DNA of 64,000 nt from Eutreptiella sp. 'Long Island Sound 2002' (GCA_964036045.1 OZ038378.1:167524001-167588000), one strand, 5' to 3'; shown: positions 22,919 through 37,100, numbered from the stretch's first letter. Program-made: numbers and translations. Notes: generated by a model not told the origin, from the sequence alone.

Positions 22919-24066
22919 TTATGACCAGCACCGAGGATCCGGCATTGTCTGCAGCGAACAGAACGAGCATGAGGCGGCAACGGTCACCACCAGGCAATAC
23001 GCCAGTGTTCAGCAGGGACCAGGGTCCACCACAAGTCAGCCCGGCATTCAGCCAATGGCATACCAAACACCAAAATGGAAACGGCAGTCCTTTGCAAATC
23101 TTCCACACAAACTGCGCAGTTCAAATCAAAAACCCTGACTCCTCAACGCACCACAACATTTTGGTACCGAATCAAAATCAGGCCTCAAATCATGATGGGC
23201 CGCACACCGACTGCACCTTAGATATGGCCATAAGGGCAGCGGCAGTCGCTACCCTCCGGCACGGCCACAAGGGCAGCGGCAGTCGCTACCCTCCGGCACA
23301 CTACAGTTCGGCACACCCAAGCAGAATCACAGCAGCACAGGTAAGGCGCCCATACGAACAATCTACCGTACCTTGGCCATAGAACAGTGGAAAGTTCAGC
23401 GATAGGTCCCCACCGACAGACCTACGCCCTCAATCATCAAGTATCACGCGGCCTATCTGCCGTACCTTGGACAGGAGCAGCAGTCTCCTTTGCTGTGCAT
23501 CGCCAAGTGCCAAGGGTATGTGTGCGGCAAACGATCAGACAGCCACCCATGGCATGCTGGACTCCTCCTTGGGCCCAGGAGCAGAGGACATTGCAAAGTG
23601 TCAGCCGCGTGAGCAATGAGTACCGTCGTATGAATACCGTATTTTGTCCTACGGATGCTGCGGCAATGGGGGATTCAAGGTGCACACAAAATGACAAACC
23701 AACGCATTGGCAAGGGATCTCTTTTGCCTCTTCGGGGGCGCTCAACTGGCCAAAACATCTCTTAGCGCCAGAGGAACGGGGGATTACCAGCCAGCCTCGA
23801 GAGAAAACCCATTGCCCCGTAACATAACGGTCATCGCTGAGCAGAACATGGTGGAGAGCAGGGACAGCTGGAAGCAAATGCACCGTCCTAAAGGGAATTC
23901 CTTGACGAAGGAGTCTCAAGACCAACACCCGTCTCTCCTTGGGCTTGAACTCATTCCACTGCACTCCGCGCCCAGTTCTGAATTCTACGGTGAGGATGCA
24001 TTCCCAACCCCGATGACACCAAAGCCAAAATTTGTAAGACGGTACAGTACATAAAGCGCAGCCGAT

Positions 24067-24125
24067 CACAGCACAGCACAGCACAGCACAGCACAGCACA
24101 GCACAGCACAGCACAGCACAGCACA
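24067..24125 (+). repeat. (GCACA)n microsatellite
   Basis: Direct reading. Confidence 0.95.
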
Positions 24126-24832
24126 ACATTGGCCTCGCCAAATGGCGCTTTTGCCAACACCACTTGTTTCACAAAATTGTGCTTTTATGGCTGTGGTACA
24201 TGTTGCGGTGTAGGACGAAATTTGAGGCATGCAGGACGGATTTTAAGGCATTGAAGACGGACATTGAAGCATGTAAGGCAAGTGCAATGACCGTTGTCAG
24301 TATCTGCCACCTCCCCTGTCCTTCTTTCTGCAGTACGGACGTTCAAATGTTCATGCTGGTGAAATGGTTTTCACCTGCCCTCCAACGCTCGCTTGTAGCA
24401 GCCACCGGTTATGGGCCCTGGTCCTCAGCCTAACACTGTGCAGATTAAGTCCAATGACAGTGTGCTGCAACACCCTGCAGCCTTGATTGAACGACTTTCA
24501 CGTCCTATCCCCACCATACCTGATTCCCTAGAGTGCCTGTGTCCGCTCAGTCCCCGCCCCCGTCCCTGTCCCCACTCCCACCCTGATGGGTCCGTTGAGC
24601 ATTCACCACAACAATCCAATTTCCGTTCTACCCCCCAATTTGTGCGCCCCATGATCCTCAAGCAAACTCATCACCAATTTCTATGGACCAAAAGCCTCAT
24701 TGCCAACAAATAGTGGTTCACCGCATGACCCCCAAAACCACTGTCGTTGACCATGCCAAATGCCGGCGAAATCAGAACCAGCTGCGGGTTGAACGGCAGA
24801 CAAACCAGGAACAAGTTCATGAAGACCCAGGC

Positions 24833-25320
24833 CGCAAGGTGCGTATCCTGGCGTACACAGACAAACACAACCTGACGGAGGCGTCACGTGCCTGCACCGT
24901 GAAGATCCACACATCAATCACCGGATGGGAGAAGAAACGAAAAGGGAATGAAAACTTGACCAAACAAAATGCAAATCTGCAGCGCAATGTTTCTTCATCC
25001 CCGTGTTTCTTTTCTTTTTCCTCTGGGCCGGCCCACACCCTTGCGTGGCCCTGACAAAGGTGCAATATCAGGAATGTGTCAGTCCCCCAGGTGTGACACC
25101 GCGGGAGCAAACTTGCGAAAGGCAGAAATCAACAAAAAAAATTTGGTGCGGATGTTGAGAACCGGTGTACCCCACGGGTTGGTGATGAGCTTGAGGGCGG
25201 AAAGGGGGTAGGACACCTGTGCCTCCCCCAACCCGAGAGCTTATTGCGCAGTGGGTGCGAGCTGCTCGGGATAAACTTCCCAACGGAGCTTTGCTACGGC
25301 ACGTTCCACTCTCCGATGTG
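24833..25320 (+). mobile_element. Internally deleted pogo/Tigger-like transposase relic
   Basis: Brinker-like HTH RKVRILAYTDKHNLTEASRACTVKIHTSITGWEKKRK (24833-24943); DDE C-terminal remnants PGVT..INKK and RELIAQWVRAARDKLP (about 25234-25281). Confidence 0.55.
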
Positions 25321-26997
25321 TGGTGAAGCCCTCTCTGTTGAAACATGTGGAACACAGCCCCCAAATGCCGTTCTCAGGATGAATCAGACTCTTGCTTAGA
25401 CCCTGGGGCTGATTCGGACTCGAATCGGAATTGGGATTCGGATTCCGGCTCCGGCTCCGGCTCCGGCTCGGATCCGGTTCCAATAGTGATTCTCGGTCAG
25501 ACCCTGCTTTGTTTGAGCCCAGTGCTCATTCAGGTTCTGGGAGTCTGATGCAAATCATGCTGAAAACGTATGGTGTGTAGATATTGTTGGGCACAGATGG
25601 GGCTTGGCAAGTTGTAGTTTACATGCAACATCATGGATGGCAGTCTCCGAGCATTTCCGGGTACTCAAGCCCCAAGCCTCAGCCCAAGCCTAAGCGATCA
25701 CCCAAGCATCGCCCAACGGGCAGCACAAGCAGGAATTCAGGATGGTGCGTCATAGAAGAAAGAGTTTGCTTTCATAACAGGTCGAACGTCAGTCCATTCT
25801 GTGCACAGTTTTCTTACCCCCTGTGCTCACGGCACTTCGGACCTGAATCGCATCACGCATTCTATGCACATTTGCAGGCACATTGCAGGCCAATTTGCTG
25901 AAATTGTTTTGCTTCATGTTGCTTTTGTCAATGGGTCTGCCTGCAAGCAGGGTATTCGGTCATACACCTCTGGTGCAATGCGCCGGGACAGAAACATTGC
26001 TAGGCTGCAGAGGGTTCCACAGTCTTGTCCAACGAGCAACGTTCTGGCATGAGTAGCATCTTGCAGAAAGCCCTCAAAAAAAAAAAACATCATTTACAAC
26101 AGCAATCATTTGTTCTAAGAACCTTGAATTTTTGATTCCAGGTTCTACTTGAAGCTGCAGTCAGGATCACCAGAACTCGCTGTGGAAAGCTTCGGGCCAA
26201 TTGCCTGCGTTTTGCCTTCAATGAACGCATAGTGCAGGCACAGTCGATCCCCATTCTTGTTCCTTTTCAATACATTATGGACGAAGGCTCCAAAACAATT
26301 TCCTACTGCCCCTATGTCCAGGAAGATACTTGAAAGCACGTAAAGTACGCCATCCAACTGATGCCAAACAGAAGCAGCCTGGCAAAACCAAGCTAACAGT
26401 TGTGAGATCCACTCAGCGGTTCTCAATCAAGCTTTTGATACATTGACGAAGCAGATGGCCTCGACTTACTGATTGTGGCCTCCTTCATCAAGAGGTTCCT
26501 CAAAGATCTACAACACCAACGGCCCGAGCTGGAAGGGTGTTGGCCATCTGCCTTATAGAGTGCAAAGATAATTGCGGGCTTCATTTCAGTGACCAATCCC
26601 CCGTTTCGGCGAAGATGTTGCAACGTTTCGGCGAACGTTTCAGCGAACACTGTCTTTTTTACCAAAACCCCGGCCAATTGTGCACATTCAGGCCCAGGGG
26701 TGGTTTCTAGGCTCCGAAACACATTCTCCTTGGTTTTTATGCGTTCAGGGACATTTGCAAACCTCTTGCATGTGCCCCTTCTTATGCCTATCCCTGGCAA
26801 CCAGTTTACGGTTTTTTGTTTCAGATGACCGGGAAACCCTCCGTATCGGCGAAATGCATCGGCGAAAATCAGAGAATGAACGATTCGGCAGACTGTCGGC
26901 GGTGTCGGCGAAACTCAGCCGCCGAAACGGGGGCTCACCTCAGGGTGCCACCGCTTCGCACCTGCCCCTCCAGCGGGTTGAGGACTATTCTTCCACG

Positions 26998-27264
26998 TTA
27001 ATTCTCATCTGAGTAGTAGCTTTCATCAGACTCTTCGCCGCTGTCAGTGCTGTCAGTGTCGTCGCCGTCCGCCACACACTCCCACTTCTCGAGCGTGGCC
27101 TTGATGCTTTCATGCTTTTTACGAACCTCCGCATCCGTGGCCGCGTAGTCCATGACCTCGAGGCTCTGAATCGAGCCCCCGTTCATCGCACCGGACTCCA
27201 GTTCCAATCCCCCAAACACGTAGAGCGCCTTCTCTTTGGGCAGACTGTACGCTCCATCAATTTC
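26998..27264 (-). CDS. Exon 22 (last coding exon)
   Basis: aacag|GAA acceptor; [19 protein letters not shown]...ESYYSDEN then stop. Confidence 0.85.
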   Translation of the reverse strand, partial: EIDGAYSLPKEKALYVFGGLELESGAMNGGSIQSLEVMDYAATDAEVRKKHESIKATLEKWECVADGDDTDSTDSGEESDESYYSDEN

Positions 27265-30200
27265 CTGTTTGATGATACAGGGCACGTCAGGACACGACGC
27301 TGCAGCGCAGTGCAGTGGGCAGGCATTGCGGGGCACGGCAGGTACGGCAATGCATGGAAGGGCAGTGCAGTGCAGTGCAGTGCAGCGCGGTGGAGGGCAG
27401 CGCAGTGCAGCGCAGTCGGGGCACGATGCGGCGAGGCAGGACAACACCCTCCCAAACAACAAACAAACGCATGTGCCAGCGAAAACGTCCGAATTGAGGC
27501 TCACGATCGCCCGTATGCACACGAACACACAGACACAAAGACACACAGACACACAGACACACAAACACACAGACACACAGACACACAGACACACAGACAC
27601 ACAAACACACAGACACACAGACACACAGACACACAGACACACAGACACAAACACCATGATGTCTCACTGCAGCGTTCGAAGAAAAGTGTTGCACTAAAAA
27701 GACTGCATTGTGGAGACCGGACCATGTGGGGTCCATGAAGGCCGGACAGGCCCTGTCCTACCGTGCCCTGCCGTGTCCTGCACTGCACTGCGATGCCCTG
27801 CCCCGCATGTCCTGCATGGCCGGCACCAATTCGCATTTCGGGCAGGGGGGAGGGGGGGGCGGGCTCCCATGCCATGGCAAACCCCCCCCCTCCCCCTTTC
27901 AGGCGCATGGCATGGGAAGGGTCCCGCCCCGACTCCAGAACTACAACATTGGTAACTGTGCCAACCCCCTTTCGCGCATATGCCCCTCTCCACCCCATCT
28001 ACGCAGAAGCGAGCCAGATGCCCCTTCCTGGTGGCTGCCGGCTGCCTGCTGCACACACCATTCAAGTGTCCTGAGGCAATGTGAAGCTCGAATGCCTACC
28101 ATTGAATCACGTACCAAGAAGTGGACCCCAAACCCCTTGATTCGTACCAGGAATATCCCTTGTGCCCTGAACCCATTTTACAAACCACAGACAGCTGCCT
28201 AGAACGCAACCCCTTGTGCCACAAAGTCTGGAGAATGCTCAATAATGAAAATTTTTTGCAAATGACACATTGTACCCTCCCATGCCATGGCACCCCCCCA
28301 GACACACTGAAGCTTGCCTGGCATGGGAGCCACCCCCCAGTAAATGCGAACAGGTGATGCCCCAGGGTCATTCCCTGTTTGCACGAAACCGTCTCGTCCA
28401 GCTCCTGCCCTACCCTGCATGTCTCCTCCGTTGCTGTGCCTTACCCCGCATCGCTCCGTCCTGTCCTGCCCTGCCCGCCCTCGGCCCCCGCGCCACCATT
28501 TTCTGGCACTGCCCTCTGAGTAACTCGCTGTGCCTTCAGGAGAAGACAGTTGGGCTGATATCAATGAGGGCGGTGAGGAACCCGTCGCTGCGTTAGTGCA
28601 CTGCGTGCAGAACCATTGTGACGTTGCCGTTCTGTAGGGTTGCTATTTGAGGGCCCGTTCAAGTGCCAGACACATGGAATGCGCAGGGCCTTGTGGATTG
28701 GAGGGCACCACAGAAAACGGAACAGAAAGTTACGCTATGTTTGAACCGGTACAGGGCAGGGTAGGGCTGCATACGGTCCCACAGTGCAGGGCACTACGTG
28801 ACAGGGCACAGCAGAGCAGTGCGCAAGCGTAGGGCAATATAGTGCAGTGTAGTGCAGTACTGCTGCACTGCGCGGGGTAAAACACGGCCGCACACCTGCA
28901 GCAATTCGCTGGTGTACCGTTTGCTCTGCACCCCATTCACATATGTAACCAAAGTGCTGTGCTCGCCAGCGTTCACCACGATACTGATCAGCGTCCATTT
29001 GTCATCGAGACGGCAGGTACGATTCCCGCCACCGCCAAACCTGGCGTGCAGGAACACAGGGTGCGTGGACTACAACACATGGACACGGGGCAGAAGGGGG
29101 CAGACCCATGATGGTCCCGCAGTCAGTGCAGTCATGGTTGTCTGCTTTTTATCATTCTTTTCTTTTCTTTCATTAAAGCCCAACGCAGTGTGATACACCA
29201 CTTCCAGACCAAATAAGCCTGGCAAACAAACATGGGTCAACAACGGGTCACAGTATGTGCTTCTCCAGAGATGATCTTGGACCGCCCTGGGTGTCCAGAC
29301 AAATCCTTCTGGCCCATTGTGGGCCGATTTTAGCTAAGTGGTGCCCGCCAAAAGCCCTTGAATGCGGTAAATTGAGCCTTTTTCTACCAAAGAAAGGGGG
29401 TCACGAATGGCTCTAAAATTCCCCCCAAAAATCCCAAAAATGATCCAAAGCCGCTTGAAACACTCCAACGGATACATTTGAGGCATTTGGGGCCCATTTC
29501 AATCCGTTTGGAGGCACAAAGACTTGTTGAAGCTCTTTTAGAACGAAGTGGGCAAGAGGTTTAGGGAGAGTAACGGCAGGGGACTATGGAGCAGGGGGCA
29601 GGTGCTGGTAGGGAGAGGGGTGTAGATTCGAGAATTGTTAGCTACATCATATTATGCCAAAACCCTCTCCCGTTCAGGCAGGGCCACCCCATACAAACCA
29701 TTCCATTCCTTCAGGCTAGACTGCGGTTGGACCATAATACACCGGCGGTTGGGGGTTGGGGGTAACTAACGGGTAATTAAGGATGGCTGGATGGCAATCG
29801 ACGGGGGTCTAAGGATCAGGGCCACAGCTGGAGCCCGATGCTGATTGACTGCCGTTTTGGGGCTGTTGTGTGACGGAACCGATGGTGTTTGACGTATGAA
29901 GGGGAGCCGCCGCTGGTACCACTATCAATGCCAAGAGTCGCCTCAGTCACCTTGGTCACCTCAGACGAGACGGGACCCTGAGGGCTACAATGATCGCCGA
30001 CCCCTCCTGTGCGCACGGGGGGGGGGGGAGGTTTGGCGCTAACAAGGCGCACGGGGGGGGGGGGGGGGGCGCTAACGAGGCGCACGCCGAGCCCGATTTG
30101 CGCCTCGTATAACGAGGCGCGCAGTTTCAGCCAAACACTCGGGAAGGGACAGGCAAATGAAGCAGTTGGTGACAGTGGCACCCTCCCGGGGACGGCTGCT

Positions 30201-31096
30201 ATGTTGCCACTCAGTTTCCCAGCATTGATTCCCGTGCCCACTTCTCATTTCCATCCCCATGCCCCCCAGCGAATACGTGTTTGTACTCCCATGCGCTGAA
30301 CAAGTCGCACGCATGCCCAAATGGCCCTGGGCTGCATCTCTTGTGTTCATTGAACAAGCGCTCTTGCGATGGTCCGCAGGGCCCATCGGCGCATGTTGGG
30401 GGTCCCAGCATTGGCGTCTCTGCCTGCCATCTCTCCCGAGTCAATTAGTGCTCGCCTCAACTCACAGCATATGTCATCCCAAGACAGACCGAATTGTCGC
30501 AGTGTTGCTTTTATCGAGTTGGGCGGTGCATGTGGGGGAGGGGGGGTTTGTTGGAGGGGACGGGTGGGCGGTGCATGTGGGGGAAGGTGGGGGTTTGTGA
30601 ATGCACAGGGTTGTGACGGCTTGTGAAGGGGTTTGAAGGGTAGGTTGGGCCTGCAGTACGACCATGCTTCTCGTCTTCCTGAGATTTCATGTTATTTTGT
30701 AGTCCGCCTTGTGCGTAGACCTGATCTGGTCTGATAAATGATTGTCAGTATTGCATTTGGCGGCTGTATTGTGCCGGAGCTTCCAAGTTCCTCGTGTGGG
30801 GCGTCCGCCAGTACGTCCACCGCCAGTGCCGAGTGTGGCCTCGTGAGCACATATACCCTCCCTTCGAGGGTGTATGAGCGGGCCTGCCGTGTCCGGCCTA
30901 CCCCTTTGCACTTGTACCGGATGTGCATGTGGGCACCCGTACGAGGGGCACAGCAGCAACGTTGTCTCAGAATGTCTTTTGGTCTGTGATTGTATAACTA
31001 CGGAAATCGCTTTGGCTTATAAGCACACATAGGGCTCTATGGCAGGCGTTTTGGTCCACCGTAAAGAGAGCTAGCTTCCCATCCAATCCAACGCAA

Positions 31097-31139
<43 letters not shown>

Positions 31140-34100
31140 CACAATAACAACAGCAGCAGCAATAATATAAATGATATGATATTGTACTACGGTGGTGCAA
31201 TGTGATGATAATGAAAAAACGAATACATGAAAGGAAAACGGACGGAGCTCCAACAGGGAAGGGAACAACAGTCCGACTTGCAAGACGCCCTGGAGCGGCC
31301 CTTGCAGGGAAGACCTGCAGTAGTCCTCCAAAAAGAAAAAATAGGGCGGACTACAAAATGACATGAAATCGCGGGAAGACGAGAAGCATGGTCGTACTGC
31401 AGGCCCAACCTGCCCAGCCAGAACCGAAAAAAATGGGAAAATGGGAAATCACCAGAGGAGCCCCAAATTTGAGGCCCGGTTTCAGTACATTTTGGGCAAA
31501 GGCGGTGTGGGGACCGGATGGGATGTCCCATACTGAACATGTGCTGTGGGCCGTGCTGATGCCAAGCCATAGGGGCAGGCGTAGTGCTTGCACACGTTGG
31601 GTGGCTGGCGTGTCTGCGGTCCGTATGCTTCATGCCCATGGGCCGTGATGCGCTACGGAGGGGAGGAGCAGGCCACGTGTCTGCCGCACCCTCTGAGCAT
31701 TACAATACAGGGGGTCCACCAGGTGCTTATGGCTGCGCCGGGCCTTGGCGTTCACTACTCTTCGCCGGCTCGCTCTGAATGCCCCGCAAACAAAAAGGCG
31801 TCAAGGCCACGCACGTGGCCGTGGGGGGCATGTCAATTCATGACCAGGGGCTTGGGGTGGGGGCGTCTGAGCTCCCGGTAAGCGATTTGCTTTGGGCCTG
31901 TGACCCAGCGACCCATCCCCCCCCCCTCGTCACGTGCGCCAAGCACAAGCAACTGACATCCTTCACAGCCCCCAACACGCTCAGCCAAGCCTCCTCCACC
32001 TCATTCAACCATCCACTTTCCTCTCCATATCGCCTGCTATCAACGGGATCCCGGCTAAACACTCAGAGGGGGAAGGGCAGGGGATACCCGCTATCATCGC
32101 TGTCCCAATCCGAGTCTCCTGCCCAATCCCCCCAATTGAAGTTCCAGCCCCAATCCTCGCCCCAATCAGATTCGTCATCCCAATCCGAATCGTCCCACTC
32201 GTCATCGTCCTCGTCCTCGTCCTCTTCCTCCCCCTCATCATCGCTCGCCTTCTGCGGCTTCGCAAGCTTCGGCCGCCGCCGGCGCTGCCGGTTCCATCCC
32301 CCAAACCCGAAACTGAACACTGGCAACTGCGCCGTGAACCCTTGCGGGGTCTCCTCTCTTTCCTCCTCCTCCTTCTCGTCGTCACTGTACTGCGTCACAG
32401 ACTTGATCCTCTGGGCCCAATCCACAGCGTCGTCCACCTTCAGCATTTCGTCCGTGAACCCGACCTCACCGAAGCGCTGATACCACCTCTGCATTGCATC
32501 CACCCGCTTCATTTCGAACGAGGCTCCACCTTCACCCGTCATAACCTTCACAAAACAGGCACAGAAGAGGCGCACGCCCACAGCGGATACGCAGGACGTA
32601 CGCAGGCGGGGTGGCAGAAACAGGGGGCACAGAGCCGCACACAGTCGGCACGCACGAGGCACACAGGAGACGCGCAGCCGGCGCACCACAGGCACACGCC
32701 CGGCGCGCAAGAGGCACAATTTGGCCGGCACTCCAAGGGCACACAATGGGCACAGCGGAGCCATGCAAGGGTGCGTGCAGAGGGAGCAAGCGGAAAGCGC
32801 GCAGGAGGCACACACAGGACACACGGGAGGCACACATAAAGGCGGGGGGGGGGGGGGTAGTCCGGGACAAATCATGTCTGGTCAAATTTAGTGCGGGACA
32901 AGTTGTGCCACCATCCTTGAAATTGGTGGGACAGATTGCGTTTCATTTTCTTCGACGAAGAACAAGCACATACACAAACACACGAGGCTGGCACACAAAA
33001 GGCACGCACTGGGCACAAAGAAAGCAGGAAGGTGCGACACGGTGCCCAAAAGGCAACAGGTGGCACACCGAGGCACACGGCAGCACACAGCAGGCCCTCA
33101 CAGATCTCAGGTGGCACAAAGGAGGCACACTTTCATCTGCGCAAAGTCGCAGAACCACATTTTCTTGTCCATCTGCAACTGGATGTTGCCCTGGGCATTC
33201 TTCTGGTATTCCTTCTCGAGCACGTCGGTCTGCTGCTGTGAGAAATTGATGGTGCGGCTGTTCTTGACGTAGCTCCACTCAACGTTGTCCTGCATCCAAT
33301 TGCTGTCACCGTACTTGGGGGCCAGGGCATCCACGATGACGTGGTTAGACTGCACCTCCACCACCAGCCCATCCTCGACCTTCAGCAGTGTGGCCGGCGG
33401 CCATGATCTGGAGCCCTCCACCACCACCACCAGGTGGATTGTGTACTGGTTCAGGTGCTGACCGCCGCCATTGCCCTCGGGTATCAGGTTGGACATCTTC
33501 AAAAACCCTGGATGACACACATGGGAACAGAGGAGGGTGATGCACTCAGAACCGCCGGGAGGGAAGTGCACACAGGGGCACCGCCGGTTTTGATCCCTTG
33601 GCGAACAACGGAGCGGGGCTGGCGTGCCCCCAGCCTCAGTGGTGGGACCCCCCCCTCAGGTGGTGTCGGCAGCCCGGTCGGTCCACTTCCAGGCATTAGT
33701 GGCAGACCAGGGGTCCGCTTGCCGGCCCAGGGCAGGCGGCTGATGGCCCCTGGGGTGGCTTGGATAAGGCCACGATGATGAAAAGCAGCGTGCAGATATC
33801 AACCGATGTGAGCCATAATAACCCAAACAGTGGTCTCTGCAGCATGACCATGTATGCCCATCATTGTTTTGCACAAGTCATTGGACTCCCAGCGTCACAT
33901 TGTATTCATCTGCGCAACAGATGACTTTTCCGGTGACGCTGCAGCTCGTGTGCCGCCGATGTCGAGCTCTGAAATACTGAGCACCCCTGCGTATGCTTCG
34001 TGGGCAGCATTGCCCATGTATTTTCAGATGAACGTTGGTGATTGGCGAGCCCTTTCGGCCCTGTGTTGGGCTGGGGAATTCCCCTCCAAGGTGCACGAGC

Positions 34101-37100
34101 ACCGGTCCCGAGATGGTTGTTGCCAGGGCCACGGGGGGGCGACTACAACCGGTCCTGATGCGACATACCCCCCAGCTATCTGTCAAAACTCGGGGGGGGG
34201 GGGAGTTGGGGGGGGGGGTCCAGCCGGGGGTCGGGGGAGGGGGTCCTGCCGGGGGTCGGGGGGGGGGGGTGTTCCTGCCGGGGGTCGGGGGGGGGTCTGG
34301 CCGGGGGTCAGGGGGGGCGTCCAGCCAGGGGTGAAAGGGGGGGGGTTAGGGTTAGGGTTAAGGTTAGGGTTAGCCCTAGGGTTAGGGTTAGGGTTAGGGT
34401 TAGGGCCAGGGTTAGGGTGAGGGTTAGGGCTAGGGTTGCTGTTAGGGTCTGCAGCCCTCCTGTAGCCCTCCTTCAGGTCAAAATTTTTTCTTGTTGTTTT
34501 AACACAAATATGAATTCTCTACAAAATTTTGAGTATTTTGAGTATAAACACATAGTATGAAAAAAAATTGGCGCCTTCGGCGCCGGACAGTTTTCTCTAG
34601 GGACACTTGTCGGTGGCCGACCCGGCACCACTATCTTTCAAAACCCGGGGGGGGGGGGGGGGGGCTGGGGGGTGTTGCATACAAGGACCTGGCCCGGCCC
34701 CCCCCCCGTGGCCAGGGCATCCCCCTGCCATCCCTGCTCCGCCATTGCTCCCCACCCACTCCCTTCCCCCCAGAGCCCTGTGTACCTGAACTACTGTAGC
34801 CCCGGCCATCGGGTGCAGGGGGTCCAGGCCCCCCCGGAGCCACAGAGGACGAGGCTGGCTGGCCACCAGCCCAGGGCCACATCAGTCACCAAAACGACGG
34901 ACACCAGCCCACATCCATTACACCCCAAACACCGTTGGCGGCGCTCAAGGGCTGCTGAACAGACCCTGCGTGCGCTGGACACGGGGAAACCGCCGTCACC
35001 CCAAACCGAGGGGGCACGTGAAGTGGAGGGGCCCCTGTGTCGACGCGCGCACGACTAATGGCGAGCAGGAGGCGACCCGTTTCGATGACCAAGCAAAAGC
35101 TGCGGGCAGTCAGTACCCGTTCCAGAGGGGCAATGCCTTCCGTTTGGGATTCCCGTCGCGGAGCACATGCAAACAAACCGATTACGGTCCATGAACGGCG
35201 TCAGCACCGTAAAATAATTCCGGTGCGGTAAAATGGGTTCCCTGTTTTCTGGCCCCACCGCCCCCTAAAATGGGGCTTTGGGCTGTCATTTTTCAAAAAA
35301 AAGTCTATTACCACGTCAGCACCTTGTACGACGTGCACCGCCGGGGGGGCATGCGAACAGTGCGCCCTGACGGAATCGAAAAGGCGCGGGACGCACAAAA
35401 AAAAATCGATGGACTGGACTCCCACGGGCAGACCCCCATGCGGAAAGGCAGGCCAAACCACCCCCAAACCTCGAGACGCGGTGTCGAGCACTTTCAGCGC
35501 GGCTCGGGGGTCGTCTTCCCCGCCCCAGGGACACACTTCGCCTTCGATTTCGAGGTCATCGTAGGACACCTCGATCTTCTTTTTCGTCTCGTCATCCTCC
35601 TCGGCGTCGGATTCATAGTAGTCCTGGGCAAGGGCATGACAGGGGCAGGGGCACGGGCAGAGACACGGGCAGGGACCAGCGCACCGGTAGGACCAGCGGC
35701 ACGGCCAGGGGCACGAGCAGAGGCATGGGGCAAGGGCAGGGGATCTGCTCTGGGACAAAGGACATCCGCAGAGGCGGGGCCAAGGCATGAGAGGGACAGG
35801 GGCAGAGGTACCTCCAACTCCACGACAAACTTGTCCTCCTCGTCCGCCCTTGCAACGACCTTCCCATACTCGTCCCAATAGCCGTCAGCGGTCACCATCA
35901 CTTGGACGCCGTCCAGCAGCGCCCGGATGTTGGCGGCCTTCTCGATTTCGTCCGTGATCCGCTCCCGCACGTCTTTGTACTCGGAATACCCAAACATGAC
36001 CACCTTCTTGGGTAAGCGGCCGGTGGTGAAGTCGTACTTCAGGACGCGGTACGGGACTTTGACGGCGTTCTCGTCTTCCTACGGGACGGAGGACGAGAAA
36101 GGGAGGGGGCACGGGAGGTGACAAGAAAACCGGGAAGGCGTGGGAAGGAATGGGGGGGAGTGTGAGGGGGAGCTGTGACTCTATGGCACTCTATGACTCT
36201 ATAGCCCAAGGGCTGACCGGGTAGCACAGGATTTCGGGGATCTCCACCCCTGAAACCCCTGTGCGACCTTGGGGACGTGTATACAGTGTGAGCCCTCCCG
36301 GCACCATCCGATATCCTGTGGCTTTGCTCACGCCGCATACCGACGTGGCCCCAGATCACACTGCATAAGGTCGCCGTCAATGTGAATGCGTCGCAAGCCG
36401 AGTAAGTAACCCTACATCGGAGCCACTAGGAGGGCTTTGGAAGAGAGAGGGGGAAGGGAGGGGGGGGGGGGGGGGGGTGCATGAGTGTGGCTCGGTGTGA
36501 GTGAGTACACCCCTGTTGCAGTCGGGGGGGCACTAGTAGCTCCGGGCCACTGACTGCTCTTGTCTTTGTGGCTGGTGTCCTTGGCTGGTGGTCTGTGGGG
36601 GGCAAGGACGTACGTGTAGGCAGAGGTACCCTTTCGGTAGAAATCGCATAGGGCGACCCTCTGTTTGAGGGTGAGAGAATGTGGCAAGGATGAACTTGAC
36701 ATGCAGAGGTTTCCCCAGCGCTGGCTCAGCTCTGGTCCTTCCTGGCTCCCTTTCCTCCTGACGTTCATTCCCCCTCCCCGCCTTCTTCATCCGGTTGCGG
36801 TTCTGCACAGGGGAAGGGAGAGAGAGGGGGTGGGCACGGGGAAAGTGATGGAGCTGAGGGGCAACAGCGCGGGAGAGGAGAAGCTCCCCACCACCGTCAG
36901 GCGGGCCCTTGCCATGCGAAGGAATCAGTGCGGGACCGGTATTCGTGCCTGCACGCAGCAGAATTGCACATGCAAAGTGGCGGGGGGGCCTGTGTCTATG
37001 GTTGGGGATGTTTCTTGAGGATGGCAAAGAACAGCGACATCAAAAATTCCAGCCGGGCAAGTCGAAGGGGACAACCGGTGCTCTCCGTTCCTCTCCAGTG

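Noticed and set aside
26145-26800. Minus-strand ORF fragments as an hAT-like transposase
   Set aside because: Only a weak CF..VHN similarity; not supportable.
30655-30665. agtacgaccat resembling the 5' end of 5S rRNA
   Set aside because: Similarity stops after about 11 nt; no internal A/C boxes seen.
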